Source: Centroscyllium fabricii (Eukaryota). Taken from it: DNA of 64,000 bases. Both the position numbers and the translations under genes were made by a program. How positions within the stretch are numbered: the first letter of the stretch is position 1; every line of letters starts with the position of its first letter. The stretch lies in the NCBI GenBank assembly GCA_051313645.2, contig JBNRSN020000118.1:1302001-1366000 (forward strand), given 5' to 3'. Under the pieces are notes generated by a model that saw only the letters and a program-made list of their open reading frames with translations, had not been told where the DNA came from and did not search any database. This document shows, in pieces, positions 1 through 15,225 of the stretch.

Positions 1-3000
1 TACAGATGTTCATCTTGTTGTGGTGCACATTGTACAGATGTTAATCTTGTTGTGGTGCACACTGTACTGATGTTCATCTTTGTGTGGTGCACACTGTACA
101 GATGTTCATCATGTTGTGGTGCACACTGTACAGATTTTCCTCATGTTGTGGTGCACACTGTACAGATGTTGATCTTGTTGTGGTGCACACTGTACAGATG
201 TTAATCTTGTTGTGGTGCACACTGTACAGATGTTCATCCTGTTGTGGTGCACACTGTACAGATGTTCATCATGTTGAGGTGCACACTTTACAGATGTACA
301 ACGTGTTATGGTGCACACTGTACAGATGTTCATCTTGTTGTAGTGCACAATGTACAGATGTCCATCCTGTTATGGTGCACACTGTACAGATGTTCATCAT
401 GTTGTGGTGCACACTGTACAGATGTTCATCATGTTGTGGTGCACACTGTACAGATGTTCAACTTGTTGTAGTGCACTCTGTACAGATGTTCATCATGTTG
501 TGGTGCACACTGCATATATGTCCACCATGTTGTGGTGCACACTGTACAGATGTTCATCATGTTGTGTTGCACACTGTACAGATGTTCATCATGTTGTGGT
601 GCACACTTTAAAGATGTTCATCTTGTTGTGGTGCACAATGTACAGATGTTCATCTTGTTGAGGTGCACACTGTGCAGATGTTCATCATGTTGTTGTGCAC
701 ACTGTACAGATGTTCATCTTGTTGAGGTGCACACTGTACAGATGTTAATCTTGTTGTGGTGCACACTGTACAGAGTTTCATTATGTTGTGGTGCAATCTG
801 TACAGATGTTCATCTTGTTGTGGTGCCACTGTACAGATGTTCATCGTGTTGTGGGGCACACTGTACAGATGTTCATCATGTTGTGGTGCACACTGTACAG
901 ATGTGCATCATGTTGTGGTGCACACTGTACATATGTTCATCTTGTTGTGGTGCACATTGTACAGATGTTAATCTTGTTGTGGTGCACACTGTCCAGATGT
1001 TCAACTTTTTGTGGTGCACACTGTACAGATGTTCATCATGTTGTGGTGCAAACTGTACAGATGTTCCTCATGTTGTGGTGCACACTGTACAGATTTTCAT
1101 CTTGTTGTGGTGCACACTGTGCAGATGTTCACCCTGTTGTGGTGCACACTGTAGAGATGTTCATCATGTTGCGGTGCACACTGTACAGATGTTCAACTTG
1201 TTGTGGTGCACACTGTACAGATGTTCATCTTGTTGTAGTGCACACTTTACAGGTGTCCATCCTGTTATGGTGCACACTGTACAGATGTTCATCATGTTGT
1301 GGTGCACACTGTACAGATTTTCATCTTGTTGTGGTGCACACTGTACAGAAGTACATCTTGTTGTGGTGCACACTGTACAGATGTTCATCATGTTGTGGTG
1401 CACACTGTACAGATTTTCATCTTTGTTGTGGTGCCACTGTATAGATGTTCATTGTGTTGTGGTGCACACTGTACAGATGTTCATCTTGTTGTGGTGCACA
1501 CTGTACAGATGTTCATCTTGTTGTGGTGCACACTGTACTGATGTTCATCATGTTGTGGTGCACACTGTACAGATGTTCCTCATGTTGTGGTGCACAATGT
1601 ACAGATTTTCATCTTGTTGTGGTGCACACTGTACAGCTGTTCATCATGTTGTGGTGCACACTGTGCAGATTTTATGTTGTGGTGCACACTGTACAGATGT
1701 TCCTCATGTTGTGGTGCACACTGTACAAATGTTCATCTTGTTGTGGTGCACACTGTACAGATGTTCATCATTTTGTGGTGCACACATTACAGATGTGCAT
1801 CATGTTGTGGTGCACACTGTACAGATGCTCATCATGTTGTGGTGCACACTGTACAGATGTTCATCATGTTGTGGTGCACACTGTACAGATGTTCATCTTG
1901 TTGTTGTGCACAATGTACAGATCTTCATCATGTTCTGGTGCACACTGTACAGATGTTCATCATGTTGTGGTGCACACTGTACAGATGTTCATCATGTTGT
2001 GGTGCACACTGTAGAGATGTCCATCATGTTGTGGTGCACACGGTACAGATCTTCATCTTGTTGTGGTGTACACTGCACAGATGTTCATCTTGTTGTGGTG
2101 CACACTGTACAGATGTTAATCTTGTTGTGGTGCACACTGTCCAGATGTTCATCTTTTTGTGCTGCACAATGTACAGATGTTCATCATGTTGTGGTGCACA
2201 ATGTACAGATGTTAAACTTGTTGTGGTGCACACTGTACAGATGTTAACCTTGTTGTGGTGCACACTGTACAGATGTTCATCTTTTTGTGTAGCACACTGT
2301 ACAGATGCTTTTCATGTTGTGGTGCACACTGTACAGATGTTCCTCATGTTGTGGTGCACACTGTACAGATGTTGATCTTGTTGTAGTGCACACTGTACAG
2401 ATGTTAATCTTGTTGTGGTGCACACTGTACAGATGTTCATCCTGTTGTGGTGCACACTGTAAAGATGTTCATCATATTGCGGTGCACACTGTACAGATGT
2501 ACAACGTGTTGTGGTGCACACTGTACAGATGTTCATCTTGTTGTAGTGCACAATGTACAGATGTCCATCCTGTTATGGTGCACACTGTACAGATGTTAAT
2601 CTTGTTGTGGTGCACACTGTACAGATGTTCATCATGTTGTTTTGCACACTGTACATATGTTCCTCATGTTGTCGTGCACACTTTACAGATGATAATCTTG
2701 TTCTGGTGCACACTGTACAGATATTAATCTTGTTGTGGTGCACACTGTACAGATGTTCATCCTGTTGTGGTGCACATTGTACAGATGTTCATCATGTTGC
2801 GGTGCACACTGTACAGATGTTCATCTTGTTGTGGTGCACACTGTACAGATGTTCATCATGTTGTGTTGCACACTGTCCAGATTTTCACCAAGTTGTGGTG
2901 CACACTGTACAGATGTTCATCATGTTGTGCTGCACACTGTACAGATGTTCGTCATGTTGTGGTGCGCACTGTACAGATGTTAATCATGCTGTGGTGCACA

Positions 3001-6000
3001 ATGTACAGATGTTCATCATGTTGTCGTGCAGACTGTACAGATGTTCATCATGTTGTGGTGCACACTGTACAGATGTTCATCATGTTGTTGTGCACAATGT
3101 ACAGATGTTCATCTTGTTGTGGTGCTCACAGTACATATGTTCATCATGTTGAGGTGCACACTGTACAGATGTTCAGCATGTTGTGGTGCGCACTGTACTG
3201 ATGTTCATCATGTTGTGGTGCACACTGTACAGATGTTCATCTTGTTGTGGTGCACATTGTACTGATGTTAATCTTGTTGTGGTGCACACTGTACAGATGT
3301 TCATCTTTTTGTGGTGCACACTGTACAGATGTTCATCATGTTGTGGTGCACACTGTACAGATGTTCCTCATATTGTGGTGCACACTGTACAGCTGTTGAT
3401 CTTGTTGTGGTGCACACTGTACAGATGTTAATCTTGTTGTGGTGCACACTGTACAGATGTTCATCCTGTTGTGGTGCACACTGTACAGATGTTCATCATG
3501 TTGCGGTGCACACTTTACAGATGTACAACGTGTTGTGGTGCACACTGTACAGATGTTCATCTTGTTGTAGTGCACAATGTACAGATGTCCGTCCTGTTAT
3601 GGTGCACACTGTACAGATGTTCATCATGTTGTGGTGCACACTGTACAGATGTTCATCATGCTGTGGTGCACACTGTACAGATGTTCAACTTGTTGTAGTG
3701 CACACTGTACAGATGTTCATCATGTTGTGGTGCACACTGCATAGATGTCCATCATGTTGTGGTGCACACTGTACAGATGTTCATCTTGTTGTGGTGCACA
3801 CTGTGCAGATGCTCATCTTGTTGAGGTGCACACTGTGCAGATGTTCATCATGTTGTTGTGCATACTGTACAGATGTTCATCTTGTTGTGGTGCACACTGT
3901 ACAGATGTTAATCTTGTTGTGGTGCACACTGTACAGATGTTCATTATGTTGTGTGCACACTGTACAGATGTTCATCTTGTTGTGGTGCCACTGTACAGAT
4001 GTTTATCGTGTTGTGGTGCACACTGTACAGATGTTCATCATGTTGTGGTGAACACTGTACAGATGTGCATCATGTTGTGGTACACACTGTACAGATGTTC
4101 ATCTTGTTGTGGTGCACACTGTACAGATGTTAATCTTGTTTTGGTGCACACTGTCCAGATGTTCATCTTTTTGTGGTGCACACTGTACAGATGTTCATCA
4201 TGTTGTGGTGCACACTGTACAGATGTTCCTCATGTTGTGGTGCACACTGTACAGATGTTCATCTTGTTGTGGTGCAAACTGTACAGAAGTACATCTTGTT
4301 GTGGTGCACACTGTACAGATGTTCATCATGTTGTGGTGCACATTGTACAGATGTTCATCATGTTGCGGTGCACACTGTACAGATATTCATCTTGTTGTTT
4401 TGCTCACTGTACAGATGTTCATCATGTTGTGTTGCACACTGTCCAGATTTTCACCAAGTTGTGGTGCACACTGTACAGATGTTCATCATGTTGTGCTGCA
4501 CACTGTACAGATGTTCATCATGTTGTGGTGCGCACTGTACAGATGTTAATCATGCTGTGGTGCACAATGTACAGATGTTCATCATGTTGTCGTGCAGACT
4601 GTACAGATGTTCATCATGTTGTGGTGCACACTGTACAGATGTTCATCATGTTGTTGTGCACAATGTACAGATGTTCATCTTGTTGTGGTGCTCACAGTAC
4701 ATATGTTCATCATGTTGAGGTGCACACTGTACAGATGTTCAGCATGTTGTGGTGCGCACTGTACTGATGTTCATCTTGTTGTGGTGCACACTGTACAGAT
4801 GTCCACCATGTTGTGGTGCACACTGTACAGATGTTCATCTTGTTGTGGTGCACATTGTACAGATGTTAATCTTGTTGTGGTGCACACTGTACAGATGTTC
4901 ATCTTTTTGTGGTGCACACTGTACAGATGTTCATCATGTTGTGGTGCACACTGTACAGATGTTCCTCATATTGTGGTGCACACTGTACAGCTGTTGATCT
5001 TGTTGTGGTGCACACTGTACAGATGTTAATCTTGTTGTGGTGCACACTGTACAGATGTTCATCCTGTTGTGGTGCACACTGTACAGATGTTCATCATGTT
5101 GCGGTGCACACTTTACAGATGTACAACGTGTTGTGGTGCACACTGTACAGATGTTCATCTTGTTGTAGTGCACAATGTACAGATGTCCGTTCTGTTATGG
5201 TGCACACTGTACAGATGTTCATCATGTTGTGGTGCACACTGTACAGATGTTCATCATGCTGTGGTGCACACTGTACAGATGTTCAACTTGTTGTAGTGCA
5301 CACTGTACAGATGTTCATCATGTTGTGGTGCACACTGCATAGATGTCCATCATGTTGTGGTGCACACTGTACAGATGTTCATCATGTTGTGTTGCACACT
5401 GTACAGATGTTCATCTTGTTGTGGTGCACACTGTGCAGATGTTCATCTTGTTGAGGTGCACACTGTGCAGATGTTCATCATGTTGTTGTGCATACTGTAC
5501 AGATGTTCATCTTGTTGTGGTGCACACTGTACAGATGTTAATCTTGTTGTGGTGCACACTGTACAGATGTTCATTATGTTGTGTGCACACTGTACAGATG
5601 TTCATCTTGTTGTGGTGCCACTGTACAGATGTTCATCGTGTTGTGGTGCACACTGTACAGATGTTCATCATGTTGTGGTGAACACTGTACAGATGTGCAT
5701 CATGTTGTGGTACACACTGTACAGATGTTCATCTTGTTGTGGTGCACGCTGTACAGATGTTAATCTTGTTGTGGTGCACACTGTCCAGATGTTCATCTTT
5801 TTGTGGTGCACACTGTACAGATGTTCATCATGTTGTGGTGCACACTGTACAGATGTTCCTCATGTTGTGGTGCACACTGTACAGATGTTCATCTTGTTGT
5901 GGTGCACACTGTACAGAAGTACATCTTGTTGTGGTGCACACTGTACAGATGTTCATCATGTTGTGGTGCACACTGTACAGATTTTCATCTTTGTTGTGGT

Positions 6001-6339
6001 GCCACTGTATAGATGTTCATCGTGTTGTGGTGCACACTGTACAGATGTTCATCTTGTTGTGGTGCACACTGTACAGATGTTCATCTTGTTGTGGTGCACA
6101 CTGTACAGATGTTCATCATGTTGTGGTGCACACTGTACAGATGTTCCTCATGTTGTGGAGCACAATGTACAGATTTTCATCTTGTTGTGGTGCACACTGT
6201 ACAGCTGTTCATCATGTTTTGGTGCACACTGTGCAGATTTTATGTTGTGGTGCACACTGTACAGATGTTCCTCATGTTGTGGTGCACACTGTACAAATGT
6301 TCATCTTGTTGTGGTGCACACTGTACAGATGTTCATCAT

Positions 6340-9300
6340 GTTGTGGTGCACACTGTACAGATGTTCATCATGTTGTGTTGCACACTGTCCAGATTTTCAC
6401 CAAGTTGTGGTGCACACTGTACAGATGTTCATCATGTTGTGCTGCACACTGTACAGATGTTCATCATGTTGTGGTGCGCACTGTACAGATGTTAATCATG
6501 CTGTGGTGCACACTGTACAGATGTTCATCATGTTGTCGTGCAGACTGTACAGATGTTCATCATGTTGTGGTGCACACTGTACAGATGTTCATCATGTTGT
6601 TGGGCACAATGTACAGATGTTCATCTTGTTGTGGTGCTCACAGTACATATGTTCATCATGTTGATGTGCACACTGTACAGATGTTCAGCATGTTGTGGTG
6701 CGCACTGTACTGATGTTCATCTTGTTGTGGTGCACACTGTACAGATGTCCACCATGTTGTGGTGCACACTGTACAGATGTTCATCTTGTTGTGGTGCACA
6801 TTGTACAGATGTTAATCTTGTTGTGGTGCACACTGTAAAGATGTTCATCTTTTTGTGGTGCACACTGTACAGATGTTCATCATGTTGTGGTGCACACTGT
6901 ACAGATGTTCCTCATATTGTGGTGCACACTGTACAGCTGTTGATCTTGTTGTGGTGCACACTGTACAGATGTTAATCTTGTTGTGGTGCACACGGTACAG
7001 ATGTTCATCCTGTTGTGGTGCACACTGTATAGATGTTCATCATGTTGCGGTGCACACTTTACAGATGTACAACGTGTTGTGGTGCACACTGTACAGATGT
7101 TCATCTTGTTGTAGTGCACAATGTACAGATGTCCATCCTGTTATGGTGCACACTGTACAGATGTTCATCATGTTGTGGTGCACACTGTACAGATGTTCAT
7201 CATGTTGTGGTGCACACTGTACAGATGTTCAACTTGTTGTAGTGCACACTGTACAGATGTTCATCATGTTGTGGTGCACACTGCATAGATGTCCATCATG
7301 TTGTGGTGCACACTGTACAGATGTTCATCATGTTGTGTTGCACACTGTACAGATGTTCATCATGTTGTGGTGCACACTGTAAAGATGTTCATCTTGTTGT
7401 GGTGCACACTGTGCAGATGTTCATCTTGTTGAGGTGCACACTGTGCAGATGTTCATCATGTTGTTGTGCATACTGTACAGATGTTCATCTTGTTGTGGTG
7501 CACACTGTACAGATGTTAATCTTGTTGTGGTGCACACTGTACAGATGTTCATTATGTTTTGTGTACACTGTACAGATGTTCATCTTGTTGTGGTGCCACT
7601 GTACAGATGTTCATCGTGTTGTGGTGCACACTGTACAGATGTTCATCATGTTGTGGTGAACACTGTACAGATGTGCATCATGCTGTGGTACACACTGTAC
7701 AGATGTTCATCTTGTTGTGGTGCACACTGTACAGATGTTAATCTTGTTGTGGTGCACACTGTCCAGATGTTCATCTTTTTGTGGTGCACACTGTACAGAT
7801 GTTCATCATGTTGTGGTGCACACTGTACAGATGTTCCTCATGTTGTGGTGCACACTGTACAGATGTTCATCTTGTTGTGGTGCACACTGTGCAGATATTC
7901 ACCCTGTTGGGGTGCACACTGTAGAGATGTTCATCATGTTGCGGTGCACACTGTACAGATGTTCAACTTATTGTGGTGCACACTGTACAGATGTTCATCT
8001 TGTTGTAGTGCACACTTTACAGGTGTCCATCCTGTTATGGTGCACACTGTACAGATGTTCATCATGTTGTGGTGCACACTGTACAGATGTTCATCTTGTT
8101 GGGGTCCACACTGTACAGAAGTACATCTTGTTGTGGTGCACACTGTACAGATGTTCATCTTGTTGTGGTGCACACTGTCCAGATGTTCATCTTTTTGTGG
8201 TGCACACTGTACAGATGTTCATCATGTTGTGGTGCACACTGTACAGATGTTCCTCATGTTGTGGTGCACACTGTACAGATGTTCATATTGTTGTGGTGCA
8301 CACTGTGCAGATGTTCATCCTGTTGTGGTGCACACTGTAGAGATGTTCATCATCTTGTGGTGCACACTGTACAGATGTTCATCTTGTTGTAGTGCACACT
8401 TTACAGGTTTCCATTCTGTTATGCTGCACACTGTACAGATGTTCATCATGTTGTGGTGCCCACTGTGCACATGTTCATCATGTTGTGGTGCACACTGTAA
8501 AGATGTTCATCTTGTTGTAATGCACACTGTACAGATGTTCATCATGTTGTGGTGCACACTGTATAGATGTCCATCATGTTGTGGTGCACACTGTACAGCT
8601 GTTCATCATGTTGTGTTGCACACTGAACAGATGTTCATCATGTTGTGGTGCAAACTGTAAAGATGTTCTTCTTGTTGTGGTGCACACTGTACAGATGTTC
8701 ATCATGTTGTGGTGCACACTGTACAGATGTTCATCATGTTGTGGTGCACACTGTAGAGATGTCCATCATGTTGTGGTGCACACGGTACAGATCTTCATCT
8801 TGTTGTGGTGTACACTGCACAGATGTTCATCTTGTTGTGGTGCACACTGTACAGATGTTAATCTTGTTGTGGTGCACACTGTCCAGATGTTCATCTTTTT
8901 GTGCTGCACAATGTACAGATGTTCATCATGTTGTGGTGCACAATGTACAGATGTTAACCTTGTTGTGGTGCACACTGTACAGATGTTAACCTTGTTGTGG
9001 TGCACACTGTACAGATGTTCATCTTTTTGTGTAGCACACTGTACAGATGCTCATCATGTTGTGGTGCACACTGTACAGATGTTCCTCATGTTGTGGTGCA
9101 CACTGTACAGATGTTGATCTTGTTGTAGTGCACACTGTACAGATGTTAATCTTGTTGTGGTGCACACTGTACAGATGTTCATCCTGTTGTGGTGCACACT
9201 GTACAGATGTTCATCATATTGCGGTGCACACTGTACAGATGTACAACGTGTTGTGGTGCACACTGTACAGATGTTCATCTTGTTGTAGTGCACAATGTAC

Positions 9301-12300
9301 AGATGTCCATCCTGTTATGGAGCACACTGTACAGATGTTAATCTTGTTGTAGTGCAAACTGTACAGATGTTCATCTTTTTGTGGTGCACACTGTACAGAT
9401 GTTCATCATGTTGTTTTGCACACTGTACATATGTTCCTCATGTTGTCGTGCACAATTTACAGATGATAATCTTGTTCTGGTGCACACTGTACAGATGTTA
9501 ATCTTGTTGTGGTGCACACTGTACAGATGTTCATCCTGTTGTGGTGCACATTGTACAGATGTTCATCATGTTGCGGTGCACACTGTACAGATGTTCATCT
9601 TGTTGTGGTGCACACTGTACAGATGTTCATCATGTTGTGTTGCACACTGTCCAGATTTTCACCAAGTTGTGGTGCACACTGTACAGATGTTCATCATGTT
9701 GTGCTGCACACTGTACAGATGTTCATCATGTTGTGGTGCGCACTGTACAGATGTTAATCATGCTGTGGTGCACACTGTACAGATGTTCATCATGTTGTCG
9801 TGCAGACTGTACAGATGTTCATCATGTTGTGGTGCACACTGTACAGATGTTCATCATGTTGTTGGGCACAATGTACAGATGTTCATCTTGTTGTGGTGCT
9901 CACAGTACATATGTTCATCATGTTGATGTGCACACTGTACAGATGTTCAGCATGTTGTGGTGCGCACTGTACTGATGTTCATCTTGTTGTGGTGCACACT
10001 GTACAGATGTCCACCATGTTGTGGTGCACACTGTACAGATGTTCATCTTGTTGTGGTGCACATTGTACAGATGTTAATCTTGTTGTGGTGCACACTGTAA
10101 AGATGTTCATCTTTTTGTGGTGCACACTGTACAGATGTTCATCATGTTGTGGTGCACACTGTACAGATGTTCCTCATATTGTGGTGCACACTGTACAGCT
10201 GTTGATCTTGTTGTGGTGCACACTGTACAGATGTTAATCTTGTTGTGGTGCACACTGTACAGATGTTCATCCTGTTGTGGTGCACACTGTATAGATGTTC
10301 ATCATGTTGCGGTGCACACTTTACAGATGTACAACGTGTTGTGGTGCACACTGTACAGATGTTCATCTTGTTGTAGTGCACAATGTACAGATGTCCATCC
10401 TGTTATGGTGCACACTGTACAGATGTTCATCATGTTGTGGTGCACACTGTACAGATGTTCATCATGTTGTGGTGCACACTGTACAGATGTTCAACTTGTT
10501 GTAGTGCACACTGTACAGATGTTCATCATGTTGTGGTGCACACTGCATAGATGTCCATCATGTTGTGGTGCACACTGTACAGATGTTCATCATGTTGTGT
10601 TGCACACTGTACAGATGTTCATCATGTTGTGGTGCACACTGTAAAGATGTTCATCTTGTTGTGGTGCACACTGTGCAGATGTTCATCTTGTTGAGGTGCA
10701 CACTGTGCAGATGTTCATCATGTTGTTGTGCATACTGTACAGATGTTCATCTTGTTGTGGTGCACACTGTACAGATGTTAATCTTGTTGTGGTGCACACT
10801 GTACAGATGTTCATTATGTTTTGTGTACACTGTACAGATGTTCATCTTGTTGTGGTGCCACTGTACAGATGTTCATCGTGTTGTGGTGCACACTGTACAG
10901 ATGTTCATCATGTTGTGGTGAACACTGTACAGATGTGCATCATGCTGTGGTACACACTGTACAGATGTTCATCTTGTTGTGGTGCACACTGTACAGATGT
11001 TAATCTTGTTGTGGTGCACACTGTCCAGATGTTCATCTTTTTGTGGTGCACACTGTACAGATGTTCATCATGTTGTGGTGCACACTGTACAGATGTTCCT
11101 CATGTTGTGGTGCACACTGTACAGATGTTCATCTTGTTGTGGTGCACACTGTGCAGATATTCACCCTGTTGGGGTGCACACTGTAGAGATGTTCATCATG
11201 TTGCGGTGCACACTGTACAGATGTTCAACTTGTTGTGGTGCACACTGTACAGATGTTCATCTTGTTGTAGTGCACACTTTACAGGTGTCCATCCTGTTAT
11301 GGTGCACACTGTACAGATGTTCATCATGTTGTGGTGCACACTGTACAGATGTTCATCTTGTTGGGGTCCACACTGTACAGAAGTACATCTTGTTGTGGTG
11401 CACACTGTACAGATGTTCATCTTGTTGTGGTGCACACTGTCCAGATGTTCATCTTTTTGTGGTGCACACTGTACAGATGTTCATCATGTTGTGGTGCACA
11501 CTGTACAGATGTTCCTCATGTTGTGGTGCACACTGTACAGATGTTCATATTGTTGTGGTGCACACTGTGCAGATGTTCATCCTGTTGTGGTGCACACTGT
11601 AGAGATGTTCATCATCTTGTGGTGCACACTGTACAGATGTTCATCTTGTTGTAGTGCACACTTTACAGGTTTCCATTCTGTTATGCTGCACACTGTACAG
11701 ATGTTCATCATGTTGTGGTGCCCACTGTGCACATGTTCATCATGTTGTGGTGCACACTGTAAAGATGTTCATCTTGTTGTAATGCACACTGTACAGATGT
11801 TCATCATGTTGTGGTGCACACTGTATAGATGTCCATCATGTTGTGGTGCACACTGTACAGCTGTTCATCATGTTGTGTTGCACACTGAACAGATGTTCAT
11901 CATGTTGTGGTGCAAACTGTAAAGATGTTCTTCTTGTTGTGGTGCACACTGTACAGATGTTCATCATGTTGTGGTGCACACTGTACAGATGTTCATCATG
12001 TTGTGGTGCACACTGTAGAGATGTCCATCATGTTGTGGTGCACACGGTACAGATCTTCATCTTGTTGTGGTGTACACTGCACAGATGTTCATCTTGTTGT
12101 GGTGCACACTGTACAGATGTTAATCTTGTTGTGGTGCACACTGTCCAGATGTTCATCTTTTTGTGCTGCACAATGTACAGATGTTCATCATGTTGTGGTG
12201 CACAATGTACAGATGTTAACCTTGTTGTGGTGCACACTGTACAGATGTTAACCTTGTTGTGGTGCACACTGTACAGATGTTCATCTTTTTGTGTAGCACA

Positions 12301-15225
12301 CTGTACAGATGCTCATCATGTTGTGGTGCACACTGTACAGATGTTCCTCATGTTGTGGTGCACACTGTACAGATGTTGATCTTGTTGTAGTGCACACTGT
12401 ACAGATGTTAATCTTGTTGTGGTGCACACTGTACAGATGTTCATCCTGTTGTGGTGCACACTGTACAGATGTTCATCATATTGCGGTGCACACTGTACAG
12501 ATGTACAACGTGTTGTGGTGCACACTGTACAGATGTTCATCTTGTTGTAGTGCACAATGTACAGATGTCCATCCTGTTATGGAGCACACTGTACAGATGT
12601 TAATCTTGTTGTAGTGCAAACTGTACAGATGTTCATCTTTTTGTGGTGCACACTGTACAGATGTTCATCATGTTGTTTTGCACACTGTACATATGTTCCT
12701 CATGTTGTCGTGCACAATTTACAGATGATAATCTTGTTCTGGTGCACACTGTACAGATGTTAATCTTGTTGTGGTGCACACTGTACAGATGTTCATCCTG
12801 TTGTGGTGCACATTGTACAGATGTTCATCATGTTGCGGTTCACACTGTACAGATGTTCATCTTGTTGTGGTGCACACTGTACAGATGTTCATCATGTTGT
12901 GTTGCACACTGTCCAGATTTTCACCAAGTTGTGGTGCACACTGTACAGATGTTCATCATGTTGTGCTGCACACTGTACAGATGTTCATCATGTTGTGGTG
13001 CGCACTGTACAGATGTTAATCATGCTGTGGTGCACACTGTACAGATGTTCATCATGTTGTCGTGCAGACTGTACAGATGTTCATCATGTTGTGGTGCACA
13101 CTGTACAGATGTTCATCATGTTGTTGGGCACAATGTACAGATGTTCATCTTGTTGTGGTGCTCACAGTACATATGTTCATCATGTTGATGTGCACACTGT
13201 ACAGATGTTCAGCATGTTGTGGTGCGCACTGTACTGATGTTCATCTTGTTGTGGTGCACACTGTACAGATGTCCACCATGTTGTGGTGCACACTGTACAG
13301 ATGTTCATCTTGTTGTGCTGCACATTGTACAGATGTTAATCTTGTTGTAGTGCACACTGTACAGATGTTCATCTTTTTGTGGTGCACACTGTACAGATGT
13401 TCATCATGTTGTGGTGCACACTGTACAGATGTTCCTCATATTGTGGTGCACACTGTACAGCTGTTGATCTTGTTGTGGTGCACACTGTACAGATGTTAAT
13501 CTTGTTGTGGTGCACACTGTACAGATGTTCATCCTGTTGTGGTGCACACTGTATAGATGTTCATCATGTTGCGGTGCACACTTTACAGATGTACAACGTG
13601 TTGTGGTGCACACTGTACAGATGTTCATCTTGTTGTAGTGCACAATGTACAGATGTCCATCCTGTTATGGTGCACACTGTACAGATGTTCATCATGTTGT
13701 GGTGCACACTGTACAGATGTTCATCATGTTGTGGTGCACACTGTACAGATGTTCAACTTGTTGTAGTGCACACTGTACAGATGTTCATCATGTTGTGGTG
13801 CACACTGCATAGATGTCCATCATGTTGTGGTGCACACTGTACAGATGTTCATCATGTTGTGTTGCACACTGTACAGATGTTCATCATGTTGTGGTGCACA
13901 CTGTAAAGATGTTCATCTTGTTGTGGTGCACACTGTGCAGATGTTCATCTTGTTGAGGTGCACACTGTGCAGATGTTCATCATGTTGTTGTGCATACTGT
14001 ACAGATGTTCATCTTGTTGTGGTGCACACTGTACAGATGTTAATCTTGTTGTGGTGCACACTGTACAGATGTTCATTATGTTGTTTGTACACTGTACAGA
14101 TGTTCATCTTGTTGTGGTGCCACTGTACAGATGTTCATCGTGTTGTGGTGCACACTGTACAGATGTTCATCATGTTGTGGTGAACACTGTACAGATGTGC
14201 ATCATGCTGTGGTACACACTGTACATATGTTCATCTTGTTGTGGTGCACACTGTACAGATGTTAATCTTGTTGTGGTGCACACTGTCCAGATGTTCATCT
14301 TTTTGTGGTGCACACTGTACAGATGTTCATCATGTTGTGGTGCACACTGTACAGATGTTCCTCATGTTGTGGTGCACACTGTACAGATGTTCATCTTGTT
14401 GTGGTGCACACTGTGCAGATGTTCACCCTGTTGTGGTGCACACTGTAGAGATGTTCATCATGTTGCGGTGCACACTGTACAGATGTTCAACTTGTTGTGG
14501 TGCACACTGTACAGATGTTCATCTTGTTGTAGTGCACACTTTACAGGTGTCCATCCTGTTATGGTGCACACTGTACAGATGTTCATCATGTTGTGGTGCA
14601 CACTGTACAGATGTTCATCTTGTTGGGGTCCACACTGTACAGAAGTACATCTTGTTGTGGTGCACACTGTACAGATGTTCATCTTGTTGTGGTGCACACT
14701 GTCCAGATGTTCATCTTTTTGTGGTGCACACTGTACAGATGTTCATCATGTTGTGGTGCACACTGTACAGATGTTCCTCATGTTGTGGTGCACACTGTAC
14801 AGATGTTCATATTGTTGTGGTGCACACTGTGCAGATGTTCATCCTGTTGTGGTGCACACTGTAGAGATGTTCATCATCTTGTGGTGCACACTGTACAGAT
14901 GTTCATCTTGTTGTAGTGCACACTTTACAGGTTTCCATCCTGTTATGCTGCACACTGTACAGATGTTCATCATGTTGTGGTGCCCACTGTGCACATGTTC
15001 ATCATGTTGTGGTGCACACTGTAAAGATGTTCATCTTGTTGTAATGCACACTGTACAGATGTTCATCATGTTGTGGTGCACACTGTATAGATGTCCATCA
15101 TGTTGTGGTGCACACTGTACAGCTGTTCATCATGTTGTGTTGCACACTGAACAGATGTTCATCATGTTGTGGTGCAAACTGTAAAGATGTTCTTCTTGTT
15201 GTGGTGCACACTGTACAGATGTTCA
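6340..15225. repeat. Higher-order tandem duplication of the satellite, period 3262 bp (~102 monomers, ~2.7 copies)
   Basis: Rare variant ACCAAGTTG recurs at 6399/9661/12923. ORF starts recur at 6855/10117/13379 and 7434/10696/13958. Copies differ by isolated SNPs (G6994 vs T10256; A7970 vs G11232). Boundaries are approximate. Confidence 0.93.
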